DNA of 64,000 nucleotides from Eledone cirrhosa (lineage: Eukaryota): NCBI GenBank assembly GCA_964016885.1, contig OZ024743.1:112902001-112966000 (forward strand), read 5' to 3'. Shown here piece after piece: positions 59,295 through 64,000 of this stretch. A program made the translations under genes and the position numbers. Under the pieces are notes generated by a model. The model was given only the letters and a program-made list of their open reading frames with translations, was not told the DNA's origin and searched no databases. How positions within the stretch are numbered: position 1 is the stretch's first letter; each line of letters opens with the position of its first letter.

Positions 59295-59374
<80 letters not shown>

Positions 59375-59455
59375 GATAAACAGAAATAACAACACAATCG
59401 GTAGAGTATATGGAAGAAATATATTAGGTTAACGCTTGAAATAGCAGGAAGAGGG

Positions 59456-59491
59456 TCTTAACGTTTCGGACGCTAGTCCTTCATCAGAAGA
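59456..59491 (-). ncRNA. Minimal type I hammerhead ribozyme (family E)
   Basis: TCTT-CTGATGA-A-GGAC(TAGC)GTCC-GAAACGTT-AAGA, within repeat 59370-59650. Confidence 0.78.
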
Positions 59492-59660
59492 AAGAATGAG
59501 AAGTTAGATAGATTGAAGGGACGGGCGAGATGGAACTGGAAAAAATGCATTTAGATAAAAATAACAGATGAACAAATTCGGTATAATAGCAGTTTCTTAC
59601 CAATTGCGAAGAAGTTCGATATAGGGTACAGAGCATAATTGTTATTATTATATATATATA

Positions 59661-59906
59661 CAGTGGCAGTGTAAGTAGGGGGGTCGTGCCCCCTCCAATA
59701 ATTATATTTTCTCCCCAAACTACCAAAACACACATCTATTTGGATATGCGCTACAATTTATGTACATGTTATGTTTATCGCATATTGAAGTTTTCTGGCC
59801 ATTTTAGAGTGTAAAGAGCTACAGTAATCACTACAACTAAATTGTCCAAATTTGCCTCACGGCCCCACCACCACCACCACTACCAGAAATGCTACCACCG
59901 CCCCTG
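59661..59906. mobile_element. Possible hAT-like MITE
   Basis: Imperfect TIRs CAGTGGCAGTG / CACCGCCCCTG; no clear 8-bp TSD. Confidence 0.4.
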
Positions 59907-62607
59907 TCTTATAGATCGAGCTGCTACGTAGAGGCTTCCTTCGATGGCTCAACATAATTTTGAGATATTTGGTTCGCTACTCTCAATCGTTTCGGCCATC
60001 TTATAGTACTTTTAACAAATCCATATTTATATACATATGCACATGTATATATTCATACATGCATTCATTCATAAAAGCACGCATGCGTAGACAAATATTA
60101 CTTTCAAGATATTTAATGGAGGTGAAATCTTGAGATTTATCGTGAATAGATTTCACATCAAAGTATCTCAATTGATTAATCTTGACAATTGGAAACTTTC
60201 AGCGTTTTCCCCTGAAGAGTTCTCGTTATGGAGATCAGGGGACACACAATAGGTTGGGGCGGGTAATGGATAGACACGTTGGTGGGTTGATGAGTGGGTA
60301 GATGGATGGCTAGATAGATGGATGGATGGAAGTATGGGGTGTAGGTAAATAGATTGATGGATGGATAGAGAGGTGGGTAGCTAGATAAGTAGATAGTTAG
60401 GTGGATAGGTAGGTGGGGTAGATGGCTGCGCAGTTCAATATATAGATAGATATATAGATGGGTAGATAGATGCAGAGAGAGATAGGTAAGTAGGCGCTGG
60501 GTAGATAGATGCAGAGAGAGATAGGTAAGTAGGCACATAAATGGTTATGTTGGTGATAGGGATGTGACAGATTAGTAGTTAGGTACGTATGTAAGTATGT
60601 ATGTTTGCATGAAGATCGATATCTGTTTTCGATTAATTAATTGATTTTTATTGATTAGTTGATTGATTAGTTCGTCGAGTGACATATTCTGTGATTAGTG
60701 AGTAAATGAATGAACGAGAAGTGAGGGAATATGTGAAGGGGTAATAACTCTATTAATGTGTATATAAATACAGATAGCTAGATGAGTGAAATGAAAGGAA
60801 GTAATGAAAATAAAATATGTGAGAGAAAGGAAAATATTAGTGAGAGAGAAAAGTGAGACGTGGGAGAGAAATTAGACAGAACAAAAGTTGAAAGAAAAGT
60901 AACAATGAAATAGATTATAGTGTAATGAATTATATGTGTGTGTCTAAACATACACACAAAACGGATTCAGAGACCAGACCAAATCGATGAGTGTGTATGC
61001 ATGTTATCAAATACTACATGGTTCAATGAATCAAACCAATACAGTTTGATCTGAAGGAGGGTAGGCTGCTATTTCTAGCGGGCGACTTGACCATGTGCAG
61101 TTATTTAGATAGATGGATGGATAGATATGTGAAGGGTGAGAAGAGTGGACAGAAAGAAAAAATGAAAGAAGTGGTCACAAATATATTTGTGTTGGAAGGG
61201 CTCAGCTTTTATCGCCTTTTTCATTTGAGAGTAGCAGTTGGATTAGCTGTTCCACTGAGAATCTATCTCAGATAATAAAGACAACCAACAAAAGACTTCT
61301 AACGAATTTTATATTCCATCTTAACAAAGATCACCAGGGACATTTCAGCTGTAATTCGAATATCATCGCATCAAGGATTTTTCCGCTAACGTTGCTGGGG
61401 GTCGGACATCTTTCTAGAAGCTATATTAGGCAGGAAAGCTTTGATGAAAGCCAGATACATAATTAGTAATTTAGAATTGAAGTCCGTGTCATCAAAGATA
61501 TTTGACAGATATTTTGTGCTCCCAGTTAAGTTTCAAGTAAGTAGGATATCAAGCAACGTTCTCCTTAATTCAAAGGTCTTTGCAAGTTTATTGTAAATGA
61601 ATAAAATTTTCTCGTCGTTTTCCTGTCGTAAAGTGTACAATACACAGTGGGATAGAGAAAATTAGTTTATTTGACTTTCACAGTCAGAGAAATACGAAAA
61701 TGATATTTCATCATTTGTAGTGTGTATACGTACACAATTTCAGGAGGCGTTGAATTGGCAGAGACGTGAAAATAAATATCACAAATGCTTTGTGGTATTC
61801 GTTCCAGCTGTTGGGGATATCTAAGTTCAAATCCCGCTGACTTCTTCCAGAGACGGAAAGGGAAAGTGAGAAAGAGATATGGTGGAAGAATCGACCCCTG
61901 CACTGGACTAATACATTTTCATCATTCTCAAAAAGATGAAAAGCAAAATTAACCTCGGTAAGAGAAGGTAAAGAGTTTGCCTTTGCCTTTCATCCTTTTG
62001 AGGTCGATAAAAAAAGTACCAGTCCAGTACCACGGTCACAACCTCCTCTCTCTCTCTCTCTCTCTCTCTCTTCGCTTGAAGAAATCGGTTGGGTTCAAAT
62101 CTGGAAAGGAAATGGGCTCCGCCAGATTTAAAGTCTCCAAAGCACGCTTTATGTCACGGTAGTGTTCTTACAATGTTCCATTCATACAAACATACATATA
62201 TCCATTTGTACATAGCCATATCGACACAGAAACAAGCATAGGCATACACATATACACATACACATATACACACATGCATATTATGTTATTATTTTACTCT
62301 TTTACAGTTTTTAGTCATTGAACTCAAGCCATGCTGGAGCATCTCGAAGGCTTAGTTAACCATATATTTTTCAGTATATCATATTACAAACTGATGTTTG
62401 TCATCGAATTCTATTTTTGGAGCTGCTTACTCATTATTTGTATGTTATAATTTCAACACTTTATATATCAATAAATGTATAGTTACATGACTTGATTGAT
62501 CGATTAATAGATAGATTAGTTAGATAGATGGATACGTATATAGATTAAATGTAATGAAACCTAAAAAGACTATCTCTTTCTTTCTCTTTTTCTTATATGC
62601 AAACGTG

Positions 62608-63347
<740 letters not shown>

Positions 63348-63352
63348 TATAC

Positions 63353-63492
<140 letters not shown>

Positions 63493-63796
63493 TATATATA
63501 TATATATATATTTAGAAGGAACAAGGAGCAGTGGTTACTTGATAAAGTGTATTTATAAATAAAAGGAAAGTATAAACAAGGGACAGGACCCCTCTTCAGT
63601 TGTTTGCTCGAGTTCTCGGACATTTCAACGCATTAAAGACAATCTGTCTATCTCCAGTGCGTCAATAACTTGTGTAAGTTATAAGGAAAAAAGGAGAGAG
63701 AAAAAATAAATTAAAGAAGGGAAAAAGAAAGAGAAAAAAAACGCAGAGAACATACCGATGGGGGGGGGGCACGAGGAGAAGCACATGTATGTAAGT

Positions 63797-63845
<49 letters not shown>

Positions 63846-64000
63846 CAAACCGACGGCTGAACATAAGTCCGAGGCCTTATTGACAGTGAGATAGGGAGAG
63901 CAGATTGTGGGAAATTCACGGAGTCAGAAATATTAATATTTAATATTTCATTTAATAATTATTATTATTGTCCTCTCTCGTCCTTGTTGTACGTATTGAC

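Noticed and set aside
60205-60245. CTGAAGA plus hairpin (similar case at about 63570-63600 on the minus strand)
   Set aside because: No GAAA box after the putative stem II.

Overview
AT-rich, microsatellite-dense metazoan non-coding DNA. The SINE families and (TA)n/(CA)n/(GA)n load suggest a cephalopod (octopus-like) genome, but this is inference only. No intact host protein-coding gene is recognisable, and most ORFs in the track are microsatellite artefacts. Transposon relics include two decayed Tx1-clade LINEs next to (TATC)n, four CRE-like RLE-endonuclease fragments, an R4/Dong-like fragment, two non-autonomous Helitrons, Penelope-like element (PLE) ORF remnants and about 20 tRNA-derived SINE copies. 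The most striking content is a set of about ten unrelated short non-coding element families sitting inside (TA)n arrays. They often end in ...AAT|(AT)n and occur as partial head-to-tail tandems or fold-back palindromes. Five of these families carry type I hammerhead ribozyme folds readable by eye: a U3-A8 core variant in 319-bp tandem units, a minimal dimer-type form, one with a ~115-nt stem II, one with a short inverted echo, and one truncated at stem II. A sixth, degenerate fold is also present. Another family (~470-bp tandem units) shows covarying RNA helices with no ribozyme core I recognise. Together these suggest a diverse PLE/retrozyme-like system targeting TA repeats. Coordinates were read by eye and element boundaries are approximate.
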